Source of the DNA: Octopus bimaculoides
Lineage: Eukaryota
Direction: 5' to 3'
Assembly (NCBI RefSeq): GCF_001194135.2
Contig: NC_068985.1
Location: 85,477,460 to 85,526,975 of the forward strand
DNA: 49,516 bases
Below, piece after piece: positions 1 to 12,308 of the stretch. Positions within the stretch are counted from its first letter, which is position 1. The number at the start of each line of letters is the position of its first letter. The notes under the pieces were generated by a model that saw only the letters and a list, made by a program, of their open reading frames with translations, was not told the DNA's origin and ran no database searches. The translations under genes and the position numbers were made by a program.

Positions 1-239
1 ATATATAACAGCTCGTATTAACTGTATTAATATTTTGAAATTTATATAAAAAAAATTTTAATATTATTGATACCATAATATATACGAACACTCGATATAA
101 ATTCAGCATATCATATTCCTATTGAATATTTCTAATTAATGAATTTATATATATATATATATATATATACATATATTTGTGCACACACACACATATATTA
201 TATATGCACACACACCATCCCCAAACTGGATGTGACATT

Positions 240-1230
240 TTAAGACAGCTGCTTATCACATGCATAATGTCTTCCACACCCTACACATGCAGCTGCACCT
301 TGGGATTACAAGAGCATCACTGTCTCTTGTTCATCAGTGTGATGTAATGTAGTGGTCTTGTGTCCAAGAGAGGCTGTGCTTCGTGTCAATTCTGTCGTCT
401 TCAAGCTTCCAGGCAACATACCCATGCATAGTCTTTATTCTGTATGTTGAGAGCTTTCCATCCAGGTCTTCTCTGAGGTAAGAGAGCCCAGCTGTTTTGG
501 GGCTTTATAGGAGATCATCAGGAAGAGAGTGCTTCTTGAGGAGTTCACTGCCAACGTGTAAAATGTTGCTCACTTCACTTTTCAGGACAGCATTTACATA
601 TTTATTTTGACTGCTGTTGTTTAACAGGTGCAGCCTGAGTGATACCATATGGCATTCGAAGGCTGTTTGCACTGATCTCAGGCCTCTACCACCTTCATTT
701 CTTCTTTGGTAGAACCTGTCAACATCACTGTTTCTGTGGAAGTTTCCAGTTGTTATCAGGATTTTGCTGGTTTTGATATCTATGGAGTGGATTTCCTCTA
801 CAGACCAATCAAGTATCCCAAATGTTGGGATCAGCACTGGTACTGCAAATGCATTGTGGGATATTGTTTGGCTGTAAGAGGAGAGTTCCGACTGCCATAT
901 TTTCTTAACTCTGGTGTAATATTCTCGGGTCACTCTATCTTTATTCACAGTGCCTTCCTATGATACATCTTCGTCTATGCCTCGGTACTTGTAATATCCT
1001 TTGTCTGGAATGGGGGAAGAGAGAGAAACCATTGATGCACAGGTTTTGGGTTTGGGGGACTTGTTTTCCTCATTCTATAACCAAATATGAACATTTCTTT
1101 TGGCGAAATTCCATGCCAATATCAGCTGAAAATGGTATTAATTCCAGTTGTATTTTGGCATTATTAACACTTTTAGCATAAATCTTCAGGTCGTCTACAA
1201 AGAAATTTTGAGTTACATTGATATTTCTAG
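240..1230 (-). mobile_element. Decayed R4/Dong-like (RLE-type) non-LTR retrotransposon fragment: RT C-terminus, thumb and zinc knuckle
   Basis: FFVDDLKIYAKS (YxDD-type motif) and DIGMEF..KKC; HNAFAVPVLIPTFGILDWS...HRNSDVDRFYQRRNEGGRGL; a broken C..HVISSC knuckle near 250-330. Stops and frameshifts present. Confidence 0.85.
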
Positions 1231-1489
1231 CAGTTGAAGATGTATGTATGTTATTTATACATACACACATATACACACACACACATACATATGCATTGAT
1301 ATATACATGCGTACACACACACACAAACAAACACACACATACACATACATCCACCCACCCGTCCACACATATATGCATGTGTTTGTGATATGGTATTTGT
1401 AAATGAGTGTCAGGTTGTCTTCCTTTTACAATCTTCTGTTAAATCATGTTCAGCTACTTACTGTTTATTTATGTCTCTCCCCTACAGCA

Positions 1490-1862
1490 AGACACCTGTT
1501 TCTGTCACATCCCCTCTCAAAGGATCTTTGTCTTGTAAGTTACTTGGTGACTCTGCCAGTGCTGGCACCACATGAAAAGCACCCAGTCCACACTGTAAAA
1601 TGGTTGGCATTTGGAAGGACATCCAGCTGTAAAAACTATGCCAAAACTGACCCTCATCTGTGCTGGTGCCACATAAGAAAAAAGCACTCAGTCCAATCTG
1701 GAGTGGTTGGCATTTGGAAGGGCATCCAGCCGTAAAAACCCTGCCAAAACAGACAGTGAAGCCTGGTGCAGGCTCCTGCCTGGTCAGCTCCTGTTAAACC
1801 ATCCAACCCATGTCAGCATGGAAAGCAGACTTTAAAAAATGATGATGATGATGATGATGATT
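1490..1862 (+). mobile_element. Family C interspersed repeat with (ATG)n tail (RTE-mobilised SINE-like), internal block duplicated
   Basis: AAAAGCAC.CAGT...TGGTTGGCATTTGGAAGG.CATCCAGC occurs twice, then CCAACCCATGTCAGCATGGAAAGCAGAC and (ATG)n. Confidence 0.7.
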
Positions 1863-2339
1863 ACTTAGAAACAGGTGAGGGTTGACAACAAGAAAGGCAT
1901 CTCGCCTGGATGTTGACATACTTGATGCAGTGAATTCAATGTCTGGAGTTGTCACTGAATTGTTAAAGACCAGATTCACTTTCCTGCCTCAATCCATATT
2001 TTATTGACGTCCACCTTTCTCCCACAACCAACCCATGTTCATTATAGATGTCTCCCACTACTACCCACCATTCTCCCACAACTGTCCAACCATTTGCCCC
2101 TGTTTAATCCTTCCCCTTTCTCCCCACCACTAACTTCCACTTCTCTCTCAAAATCTCGTGACTTCATCCACCTACCTACTTTCTCCAATCCTGGTCCACT
2201 TCTCTATATACACGACCCTGTAATTTCAGTGTACAGCTTCTGCCCCTTCTCTCTTACATCTTCACCATCATTCTCTCCTCTCTTGTCTCCATCTAAAGGA
2301 AACAAGTCTCTTTTCTAATGCAAGGCATTCTCTCCCTCC

Positions 2340-2605
2340 ATACTACTCCCTCAGTTAAGGAGTCTTGCCTTGCAAGTTACTTGGTGACCTCGCTGCTGCT
2401 GCTGGTGCTATGTAAAAAGCACCCAGTACTCTCCAAGTACACTCTGAAAAGTGATTGATGTGAGGAAGGGCATCCAACTATAGAAACCATGCCAAAACAG
2501 ATAGCAGAGCTTGGTGTAGTCTTCTGACTTGCCTGTTTTTGTCAAAGCAGCCAACTCAGGCCAGTATGGAAGATGAACATAAAATGACGATGATGATGAT
2601 GACGA
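2340..2605 (+). mobile_element. Family C copy
   Basis: GCAAGTTACTTGGTGACC...AAAAGCACCCAGTAC...GGAAGGGCATCC...(ATG)n. Confidence 0.7.
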
Positions 2606-2784
2606 ATTAAAATTTTGATGTATTCTCCCCCTACCTTTTCTTTTTTAACTCATTCATTTTAATAATGATTGTTCTCAACACGAAAGGTGTACTTGAATCT
2701 TGAATTCAAAGGTCCAGCCTTATCACCTTTTGTATCATGTTGATTCAGTTTGGGAATTATGTTAAGAGTAAATATGTCTGTGTG

Positions 2785-3018
2785 TGTTGTATTCCTCTCG
2801 GGGGACTCGCAGAGAAAAGACGAGTTGTACAACTTAGTTATTACATTTATTTATTAATTATAGACAAAGAACGCACTCACCCAATGTTCGTTATTAAGAA
2901 ACAAGAATCATGTCCTCGCCATATATATCAATAACCTCCAACTTCCACAGTCATTCAAAACAACAATGAAACAAGGAACTCAGACGAACTACAAACAAAT
3001 CTAACAGTCCATATAACA
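2785..3018 (-). mobile_element. Solo LTR, 234 bp, with 5-bp target-site duplication
   Basis: Termini TGTTGTAT...ATATAACA (imperfect 8-bp inverted repeat). GTGTG flanks both sides (2780-2784 and 3019-3023). On the minus strand: TATATA at 2927-2922 and AATAAA twice at 2855-2846. Confidence 0.75.
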
Positions 3019-3809
3019 GTGTGATACTCAGCCACTTATACATTAATTTATTGTTCAGTTGATCCAACCAATTATAAGTTCCCTTTACTATTCTATCAAC
3101 AAGTTCTCATACATCAGATGTCCTTTGGTGTTTTTTTAACTTCTAAACATCAATTCATTCACAAAAATTCTATGTATTTCTGCATTTATTGTTGTTTTGC
3201 AATCAGCAATAAACATAAAACTCTGAAAAGTATCAGAGAATGTAATTTCCTCTGTGTGTGTGTGTGTGTGCATGTGCACATACATCTTTTAATATATAAA
3301 TGGAGGGATGTTGGAAAATTTTTGTTAAATTAAAATGTCTGAATACTATAAGATAGAGAAAATCTTTATTGATGTATATTTATCAAATATATGTCATTTC
3401 TCTTATAAAGATTATATAATATACCTATTGCATATTTTTTTGCTTAAAACCTAGATTTGTTTTGCAGTTAGACAATGTGTCTTAAAAATTTCTTTTCTCT
3501 CTCTGTGTATAATTTTTATATTAATTTTGCAAGTGTTTCCATGAACCATGCAACGCATATAAAAGTCTAAATGCATCTAGGATACAAGTAAGTTGTTGTA
3601 ACTCACATCAGTGAGCATAACAAATTTAGTTTCTATTTCAAGGTTGAACAATTAATAGCAGGAAGAAAATCCAGTTGTAAAAAGAAACATTTGGTGGTGG
3701 GATGATAAAACAAAATATCTCATTTAATTATCTCACTTGTATGAGAATTGAAAAATATATAAGAAAAAAAATAAGAAAAAATCAAAAACAAAATAATTTA
3801 ACTACTTAC

Positions 3810-3918
3810 TTCCATTTAATCTGTTGTGGATTAGCAAAACCCTCACATGCTAACTGTACATTCATTCCTTGCCTAATTTTTCCTGTAATATTTATTTTCA
3901 TTGTAATATCTGGAGGAT
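3810..3918 (-). CDS. KIRREL: KIRREL-like exon, N-terminal half of Ig3
   Basis: Acceptor CACTTATCCAG|AT and donor GGAA|GTAAGT; 109 nt, phase 1-2. In frame (T+AT = Tyr): YPPDITMKINITGKIRQGMNVQLACEGFANPQQIKWK. The 'C...ANP' motif in domain 3 favours Kirre/NEPH over nephrin. Confidence 0.85.
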
Positions 3919-6554
3919 CTGGATAAGTGAATAAATAAATCATTAAAAAAATAATTAGTTTAAAAAGGAAAAATCTTTTAAAATACAAAGCAAAATGGGT
4001 TAGATTTTCATATAAATAATCTGACAAAATTTCTTTTTACCCCTCTAATCTATGCAGTAAATATAGTGGGGCCAATATTTCTTTTCCAATAAACTCTTAT
4101 GTCTAAAAGTGTCCTAAAGTTTCCATGGCCTTCAGGTTTTTGTCCGATATCATGGGATTCAGTGAATGAGAGATAATGATACATTAATTCTTGGATATGA
4201 TGCCTGTCTAATCATGAAATTTTTTCAGAAAATCTGAATTTGAATTCTTAACAGTTTAAGCAAACTATGTAAAGTGTGTGGAATTTGTGTGCCCACAGAC
4301 ACATCAGAACAGCCAGTTGCAGATTTTTACTCTCCCCATACGAACTGCTTGACCAATATGTTATCCACTTGAAACATTTGCATTTTACATGGTATAACAA
4401 GACAATGGGGGACTATGTATGTAGATATTCAACTTGCTGGAAATTTTCTTCAAACGACACCTCACCACCTTAAAACCAGAAAGTCATTTTGAATAATGTA
4501 GTCCTAGATACCTTTTAAGAAAAGACAGGGTGGCCATAACTGGAACACCCTATAATCCTTATAGTTAATGCAGTCCTGCATATACTATGCTTGATCAGGG
4601 GTTAAACTATAATAATAAAGGAAACATCAATGAGAATTCTATTTCTACATGAAAGGGAAACAGGAATTTTTACTAATGGCATGGTGCTTACATAGGAGAC
4701 TTGATCATTGAAGGATGATATTTGGGTGAAAAAGGGTCAAGTAAACCCAATTAGACTCCTTACTATGCACAGAAGAAGCAAAATGAAAGAAGACATGGAA
4801 ATCGGTGCTAATGGCTGCTCTCAGAAGACTGAATTCTCACAAATATGACACAGAATCACAACTAATGATAAAATAATATGATGAAGCAGATCCCATCCAG
4901 CTCATACCAACATAGAAAGGAAACATATTAGAATCACTTAATTTTACACTGAAAACACTCAAACAGGCCCATTGCCAGTATTTGATCCCCATACCTATTG
5001 TTTACCAAGTGAATGCATTACTAATTACACCATCGAATACTTGTCATTCTGCCTTTTCAAATTAAGGTTTCTATAATTCTTTCTTATTTTTAATCCACAA
5101 AATAGTTGACCAATCATTTTGTGCTAGCAGAAAGATTATTCTACAAATAACTGACATGGTGATGTGTTCCACTTCATTTCGATGTTAGCAATGAATCAAA
5201 TTATTAATTAGCTACTAAGATTTTAATGCAATTGATAGATAAATGGATGAAGTCCTATCAGTGAGACCAGTTGGTTCTTTTCTGTGTCTGTCAAATAGGT
5301 GGATATATGTCTAATAGAAACTACATAAAACTCTTAACAGTTAATTCATAACCCCAGTTTATGTTGCTGCCAAGATTGGATACCAGATTATCTGAGGAAA
5401 TTTTAACAGTTAATTGGGCTGGTCAGTCATTTGAACATGAAAGAGTTAACTATTTATCCCAGAGTAGTTTCTTTGGTCATTTTTAGTAAATCTGTCTTCT
5501 ACTCACATGTGATGTAAAATTTTAGTATTTTATGCTTAATGTTTCTTGCATTAATTTCTATTTTATATCACAAAAACATTGATTTGTGTGGAAACGATTA
5601 TATTTCTCAAGTGCTGTATGACACAAAACATAATAGTTAAGGTTATATACCATGGTTTGTACAATAAATATCTACACTATGACACATAATATTCTATTTT
5701 GCATATTGTTTACATAAAAATATCAGGTATGTTATGAAATATGAAGAAAAGCAATGTTTCATATATCATCACATAAGACCTAATTTTAACAGATTGGATT
5801 TTGAATGTTTCAGTATCTTATATCAAGGAACATAATTGAGTTTTATCGTAGAGTTTTGTAACACTTAGATTATCAATAACATTGCTTCAAAACAATATAG
5901 CTCCTATCAGAAATCAATAAATATTCCTTTGATATTACAATAAAACATATTGTTTTGCCTTCTTATGAAGTACAAAGCAAACCTGATTGGTAGATTGCTT
6001 GCTGTCTCTTTAGCATAGAATTAACTCTTTCAAAATCGAAAAATACAAGTGCAAAAAAAAAAAAATTTGTGTATAATTAAAAAGATAAAATCCTTTTAAA
6101 ATATTTTGTATAAAATATATTTCTGGTTTCTCTCTTTTTTTTCTTCTTCTTTTCCTCTAGATATTTTATAGTTTTGCCAATATGCTTTACTTAGTTTTAT
6201 TATTGCTAATAATATTTTTGATCTCCAAATGGTGGCTGAAACTGCTAAAAACGATAGACATCTCTCTCAAATCCTACATCTTAAAAAATGGAGAACATAC
6301 GTTATTCTTCATAACATGGGTGGTGTGGCACAATGAATGGGAGAGAGAGTGAATGATTGGCTATTTCAGAGGCTGTAGGATTAAATAGAGAGATGCTAAG
6401 AGGAAACATACTAAATGAGAGACCCAAATGTACAAAAACTTATTACACATTACAGCATCAATCTCTGTCTTATTTTAATATGTTTCATTGTGCTTTGCAT
6501 GTGTGAGTGAGGTTTCTTTAGCAATGAAGGTAGTAATCTGTAATGCAAACCATG

Positions 6555-6621
6555 ACTGAGTTAGTATTGTACTAATAACTCAGTACAATAATACAAGTTG
6601 GTATTATTGTACTGAGTATTG
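6555..6621. repeat. Perfect 17-bp inverted repeat with an overlapping alternative 9-bp stem
   Basis: ACTCAGTACAATAATAC (6578-6594) pairs with GTATTATTGTACTGAGT (6601-6617); ACTGAGTTA (6555-6563) pairs with TAACTCAGT (6576-6584). Confidence 0.85.
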
Positions 6622-6839
6622 TTCTAGAGAATGTCTGTCAAAATATAAGAAAATTAGGAGTTTGTTTTAAAAAGTAAGTTGATGATGTTAAAATGATAAT
6701 GTTATGTTAAGATGACAGTAAAAGGTGTTTGCAATTATGTACATTTAAAAGTACTTTTGACAATGTTTACAGATTAAAATGTTTTTTGAATTACATAGAT
6801 TATATTTTTGGTAGGATATGAGCAGTTCCAAGGAACATT

Positions 6840-7080
6840 ATTTTTTAAATTTCTTCCAGTTTGGGATTTTTCGTATTTGAGATAGGTAGTAATCAGCCCC
6901 TTTTGATATCATTCCTAAGACACCTATGACAATAGATATTGTTTTAGTCTTGAGGTTCCCCATTTTGCCAATTTGTATTTCAAGATCTTTATATTTGCTC
7001 AGTTTTTGTAGGTCTTGGTAGATAGATTTATGTCGATTAAGACAGTCATATTGATGAGAAGGCATGATTTTTGTCTGAAA
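6840..7080 (-). mobile_element. R4/Dong-like fragment, C-terminal restriction-like endonuclease region
   Basis: KLSKYKDLEIQIGKMGNLKTKTISIVIGVLGMI matches the 'K..KY.DL......W....PIVIG.LG' end of RLE elements. Confidence 0.8.
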
Positions 7081-7139
7081 TACTTCAATATAATGTCTGA
7101 CCTATTTGCATCTATTTTTTTGTCAGTAAAGTTCCAAAA

Positions 7140-7550
7140 GAGTGAGATGTAATCATTTTCAAGCCCTGGAGGTGGTTTGTGTTCTCACCAGTTTTTATCA
7201 TGTGGCAGGTCCAAGTTTTTGCAAATTGCCCAGTGAATATACTGTTGGAGACAACATGATCAATGGTTCCAGTCTGTTGTTTACATACACAACAAGATGG
7301 ACTACTGCAGCAGCTTATGCATTTGGACTGACTATCAACATCAAGAAGACTGGAGTCTTATTCGAACCAAGGCCTGGGGTAGGACATACTCAAGACTCAG
7401 ATGGTATGATAAACAACATGCCTCGCAAATGGGTCAGGTCATTATCTTGGAAGCATAGTAAACTTTAAGAGTACTCATGATGATGTAATCAATGTTAGAA
7501 TATCCAATGCTACAAGTGCTTTTGGAAAACTTACATCGTTTGTGGGATGA
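7140..7550 (+). mobile_element. Decayed RTE-clade LINE reverse transcriptase fragment
   Basis: AAAYAFGLTINIKKTGVLFEP, followed after frameshifts by YLGS..V and DDVINVRISNATSAFGKL, typical of the RTE RT C-terminal half. Confidence 0.7.
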
Positions 7551-8513
7551 ACACATTGTCACAGATTAACCCTGATTAAGCAAATACCCCATCAAATATT
7601 CCAGTCATGTCTATGTATTCTTTCACATACCCAAGACAACATTATTTGATGTGCTCTTTTTAAAATTGTAATATTTAAGCGAGATTTGACTGCTATTTCT
7701 AGTAAGTTGAACAACCATGCAAATGTTCTTTCATTGACTCAAATGATTTGTTGGTGGTGATGTAGATGAGGGTGATGGTCATGATGACTCTTATATGCAC
7801 AATTCATAAGTGTTACAAGGATTTGTTTATAGTCTTGTACAGTAGATTTTGTCTTACTGGGGGAAAATATTGCCTGTCAGAACTTGAGACATATCATCCA
7901 TTCGATCATAGGAACTGAATGACGATGAGAATGGTGCTCAGACTTATAACTTGGTGGATTATGAAGTCAATGCCTCACTGTAATGTTTCTATGGAAAAAC
8001 AACCTAGTCTGAGACGTAGTCTGCTTGAGAGTCACGGAATAATTTGTCATGTAGTGTATACTTTTTTTTTATATCACTTCTGCAGATCATAATAATAGAG
8101 CTCTATCCAACCATGATACAAAGGTAGACTTAGCCATTTGATTAAGTCTCTTGTTAGCTAATCTATGCAGCATAGTGTTGATGTGATTGAACAGTCAATC
8201 TTCAGGCTCTCATCTTGTTGACCTGGCCTTCATTACTAAAGTAATAATGAGCCAACAAGGGAACTTCTATGTGATTGCATAATCTGCTGGAAATAACAGC
8301 CAAAATCTCCCTCAAATCCTACGTTAGTGTCTTTGATTAAATTATCTCTAATCCCTGATACACTGTGACAGATAAAAAAAAAAAAAAAAAAAACGGGGTG
8401 GTCATAAGTTTTTTGTTCTGTAGTGTAATCTGTAATGCAAGTAATAAAAACATTTATATTAAATACTATAATACAAAAGAAACAAAAAGAGGGGGAAAAA
8501 GAATACTCCTTAC

Positions 8514-8825
8514 ATTGAACATTTAATGTAACCCTTGTCACATATGGATTTTGTAAAGCTTCATTTATAGCATGACATTCGAGTAGTTTTCCAGAATGTT
8601 CTGTTTTAGGTATTAACATTATATTGCCTTTTGTATCAACTCGTTTGTTTGATTTAGTAAACATTTCAGTTGAATATAATTTCCGATTCATCAACTTTCC
8701 TGCCAGGTACCACGTAATTTTAGCTCCTGGTTTCCCATTTTTCACAAGACATGTAATATTGGTAGGTTTTCCTAATATAACTGCGGCAATCGGTGCTTCT
8801 AAAATCTGTGGTGGGTCAGGTGGAA
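8514..8825 (-). CDS. KIRREL: KIRREL-like exon, complete Ig2 (C2-type) domain
   Basis: Acceptor AATTTCAG|TT and donor CAAT|GTAAGG; 312 nt, phase 1-1. Encodes FPPDPPQILEAP...NITCLVKNGKPGAKITWY...LLECHAINEALQNPYVTRVTLNVQ. The 'GKP.A.ITW' and 'C.A.N.A' motifs are typical of the Kirre/nephrin second domain. Confidence 0.92.
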
Positions 8826-9469
8826 CTGAAATTATTAAAGAGAAAAATAACTTCATATATTTACTTTTGACAACAATTTTCTCTCTCTTACATAAATACT
8901 TCAGGCACGCATTTCATTATAGTGTATACTTTACACTATAATCCTTACAACACACTCATCTAAGGTTTGGTACAATGATCAGGAAAAATAGCAATTGGTG
9001 CATAATTAATTATAAAGCTATATTGGGACTCTTGTATGAGAAGTAGTATTGTTTAATATATCTGTTATCATATTTTGTCCCCGAGATGTTTGTGGTATTA
9101 AGAGGTTTGATTTGGATAACCTCTGCTTGTGGAACTTCATTTCAGTTTTTGGGGTTTACTTATTTTCTTCATTACAGTTTTTGGGCTTTACTAACTTTCT
9201 ATGTGTCTGTTATGTACTTATTGTTTTTAGAATGAGTCGTGGGTCTTAGCTTGGTACTATGTCTTAGTTTACATTCTATGTTGTTACTATTTGTTGGAAA
9301 TAGAATAACCAGGTTGGAATGAACCTTACAACTATTTCTCCGTCTTTGAGACATATTAATCCTGCTAATATGGTACACTTCTCTGACAATTTCATTATAC
9401 AACTTGCATTGCTAATAATCACATGATGTTAATGAAATACATGTAGCATGGTGTAACTAAATATCTTAT

Positions 9470-9890
9470 AAACAACTTCATGTTTTGTTTTATATAAACA
9501 TGGATGTGGCATTTGGTGAATGAGGGAGTTTGATGTTGCTGCCCTCATTTGTGTTTCCTGCCTTGAGGTAGGTTTATCTGGAACTCCCTGGAAATCTTGA
9601 CAGGAGGAGATCCAGCTTTGTTTTGAAGACACTACATCCACCCCATGTAGGCATTTTTGGATGATACTAAAGAGCTGTTGTCCCATGAAATCCAAGCTGT
9701 TGCAGTATCTGCTCCTGTATCTTGACGTTGATATTAAGATCTTTGGCAATATGCAGTGGTACCCAGTTCTGGTGTTTGAATAACTCTCAATGCCAAAGTT
9801 TGGTACAAGTCCTTCCAGGATTTTCCTAATGTATATCACTACTTTTGTTTTTGTGAGTAGAAACTTAACTTGTTCAGCCTTTCTCAAACT
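9470..9890 (-). mobile_element. 3' end of a CR1/L2-type LINE ORF2
   Basis: IYIRKILEGLVPNFGI...RTGYHC..P...CNSL...GQQLF..I.K.L...GVPDKP resembles the conserved post-RT C-terminus of CR1/L2-group LINEs. Confidence 0.7.
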
Positions 9891-10733
9891 AAACAGTTCT
9901 GTTAAAATAATTGTTTAAATAGTAATATAGCCCTTGATTAAACTTATATTTTGCTGGTGGATGCTTTTACAATTATTCAGTTTCCTTTGAGTATTGCTCC
10001 TTCATCAATTGCTAACATAAAACAAAAACTAATACCAATAGCTGTTATGCAATCAAATATTTGATGAACTGATGAATGTAAAATTACAGGTTCTAGATAA
10101 CCGGTTGTCAACGACTTTGCCAAACCTCTTATGATTATCATACCTAGAGTCAGAACAAGCTTATTAATTTAAAAACAACTCATTAACCCTTTTGATAACA
10201 ACCTGCCTGAGGCTGCATCTGGTTCTATGATACTATGCTTTCTATGTTAAAACTCATTCATTATTTTTTTACGTCAAACAAGATAAATATGCTATAAAAA
10301 TTTAAAAGATATCCTTTGCAATAAATATTTCCAAATCCTCCAATCAGTTTTGAAATGATTGGTGTCTGCAACTGTTTAACTCATTTTATTTGACTTTAGT
10401 TCAAAGCTGGGAAATATCACAAACGCATGTCTCTGAGAAAGAAGTTCTACCAACCCTTGACAATGCTGCCAGAACCCTTGCTTGTCTCTGCTATTTTTTT
10501 CTCTCGTGTACATAAATACTTACATAACCACTTCCAACACTTTTAATATAAAAATCTTTTAAACATTATTTTATGTTCATTTGGGAAATATTTAAAATTG
10601 AAGGTTTGCTCTTTGGAAATCAAACATTTATAAAGCTACAAAAAAACAAACAAAAAGGAACATTTTTAAACTTTGAGATAATCTAAACTCATGTTAGAAA
10701 ATTAAAAAGAAGAATTCAAAAAATAGAACTAAC

Positions 10734-10856
10734 ATAAAACTGTGAGTTTAACAGTGTTACTTCTGATGCCTTCAGCAGCTTCTGTTTGTCCGACCTGACA
10801 TTGATACAAGCCATCATCTTCTAATTTAACAGATACAATTCGTAGATGGAACTCGT
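10734..10856 (-). CDS. KIRREL: KIRREL-like exon, C-terminal half of Ig1
   Basis: Acceptor TTCCTCTTACAG|AC and donor TTAT|GTTAGT; 123 nt, phase 1-1. In frame with the previous exon (G+AC = Asp): DEFHLRIVSVKLEDDGLYQCQVGQTEAAEGIRSNTVKLTVL, with the canonical D-x-G-x-Y-x-C motif. Confidence 0.9.
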
Positions 10857-11214
10857 CTGTAAGAGGAAAAAGATACAAAGTGAGATTGAAAAAGTTCTTA
10901 CAATATTTAAACATTAAAAAAAAATATAATTCTTTAAACAAATATTTTGACCTGATGTTGCAATACGTCTAATGTGGGACAATGCAGAGTTACTCCCTAC
11001 TTAACCCATCGTCCTTGCTACTCTGCTCTTCTCTTTTTCACACTAACCCCTGATTTTACTTTTTCCTTTGCCCTCTTTCTTATCTCTTCTATTATCCCCC
11101 CTTACCAACACTCTTACCCCCCCCCACGTTACTCTCTCCACTACCATCCTTCCATAATAATAAATCTGCTCTTCCCACCATACATTAATTTCACTGCAAA
11201 TTATAACCCTAACC

Positions 11215-11420
11215 CAACCAGCACTGGTGTCATGACAAATATGCACCCAATACACTCTGTAAGGTGGTTGGCAAATCGAGCGGAGACAATGCAGTGTGGA
11301 GAGGTCTTGAGTTTTTTTTGAGGGAAGGGCATCTATAGGGTTGGCACCATGATAAAATGCCTCCAGTACACTCTGTAAAATGCTTGGTGTTAGGAAGGTC
11401 ATTCAGCCATAGGAACGATG
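11215..11420 (+). mobile_element. Family C copy, with duplicated core
   Basis: CACCCAATACACTCTGTAAGGTGGTTGGC and CCAGTACACTCTGTAAAATGCTTGGTGTTAGGAAGG. Confidence 0.6.
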
Positions 11421-12092
11421 ACAAAACTTAGACATTTTCAGTCTAAAGTGTGGTCGTTGACCCCTAGAACCCTGTTAAAATATCCATCTGACATAAACAG
11501 AACAAGAAGATACTGATAACAATGGTTTTCATCAGATACTCATGTTTTTCCTAAAAGAACTGCAAGCATTCTTTTGTGTTCCCCAATATGTATAATTTTC
11601 AGGGTTAATAGTACATCCCATTTCATTGCTTACAATATTCTTACTACTTAAACTTGGATTACACAACCCAGAAAATAGTGAAAATGTCTTAGAGGAAAAT
11701 GGCTACAGACTGTAAATCAGTGTCAGCTTCCAGAAAATGCACCATGTAACATTATACATAATTGAATATGTAAAAGTAACAAGACTCACTGTGAAGGAAG
11801 TTGGGGTAAAACATTCCAACTTAAAAAGAGGACATGTGGTTAAACACTGAAGCATTATTTTGATTCTTTTAAGAAACACAGTTTGAAGAGAACTAAATCA
11901 TTCACTCATTTAGATTATAAACAATTTTATAAGAACAGTGAAGACTGAAGTAGTAGCTTGACAATAAGCAAATCAGGTTAACTAGAAGAAAATGTTGCAG
12001 CAATCAAAACTAATAAACGATATAAAAAATTATGTCTGCATAGAGTAAATTTAAGAGACAGTTAGTCTCACACATATTCAGGCTAGCAAGGA

Positions 12093-12115
12093 CACACACA
12101 CACACACATAGATCA

Positions 12116-12152
<37 letters not shown>
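12093..12152. repeat. (CA)n and (TA)n microsatellites
   Basis: Directly visible. Confidence 0.95.
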
Positions 12153-12156
<4 letters not shown>

Positions 12157-12308
12157 ACTGGCTTCTTTTAGTTTCCATCTATCAAATCCCTAGCATGGCT
12201 GCTGTCCAATGACTGAAACAAGTAAAAGAATACACACATACTTTACTAATACTTGTTTTCTAGCTATACATGTTATGTCATTACAAAAAGAGTTAACAGT
12301 GTATTTAC

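Noticed and set aside
1-3809. Search for the next KIRREL-like exon (rest of Ig3, phase-2 start)
   Set aside because: No candidate acceptor gave an open Ig-like frame; the exon probably lies left of the window.
10183-11590. TTAACCCTTT ... AGGGTTAA enclosing the Ig1b exon, as if a transposon had captured it
   Set aside because: The right-hand match is only 8 bp and the exon is in perfect frame with its neighbours; more likely an unrelated MITE end plus chance.
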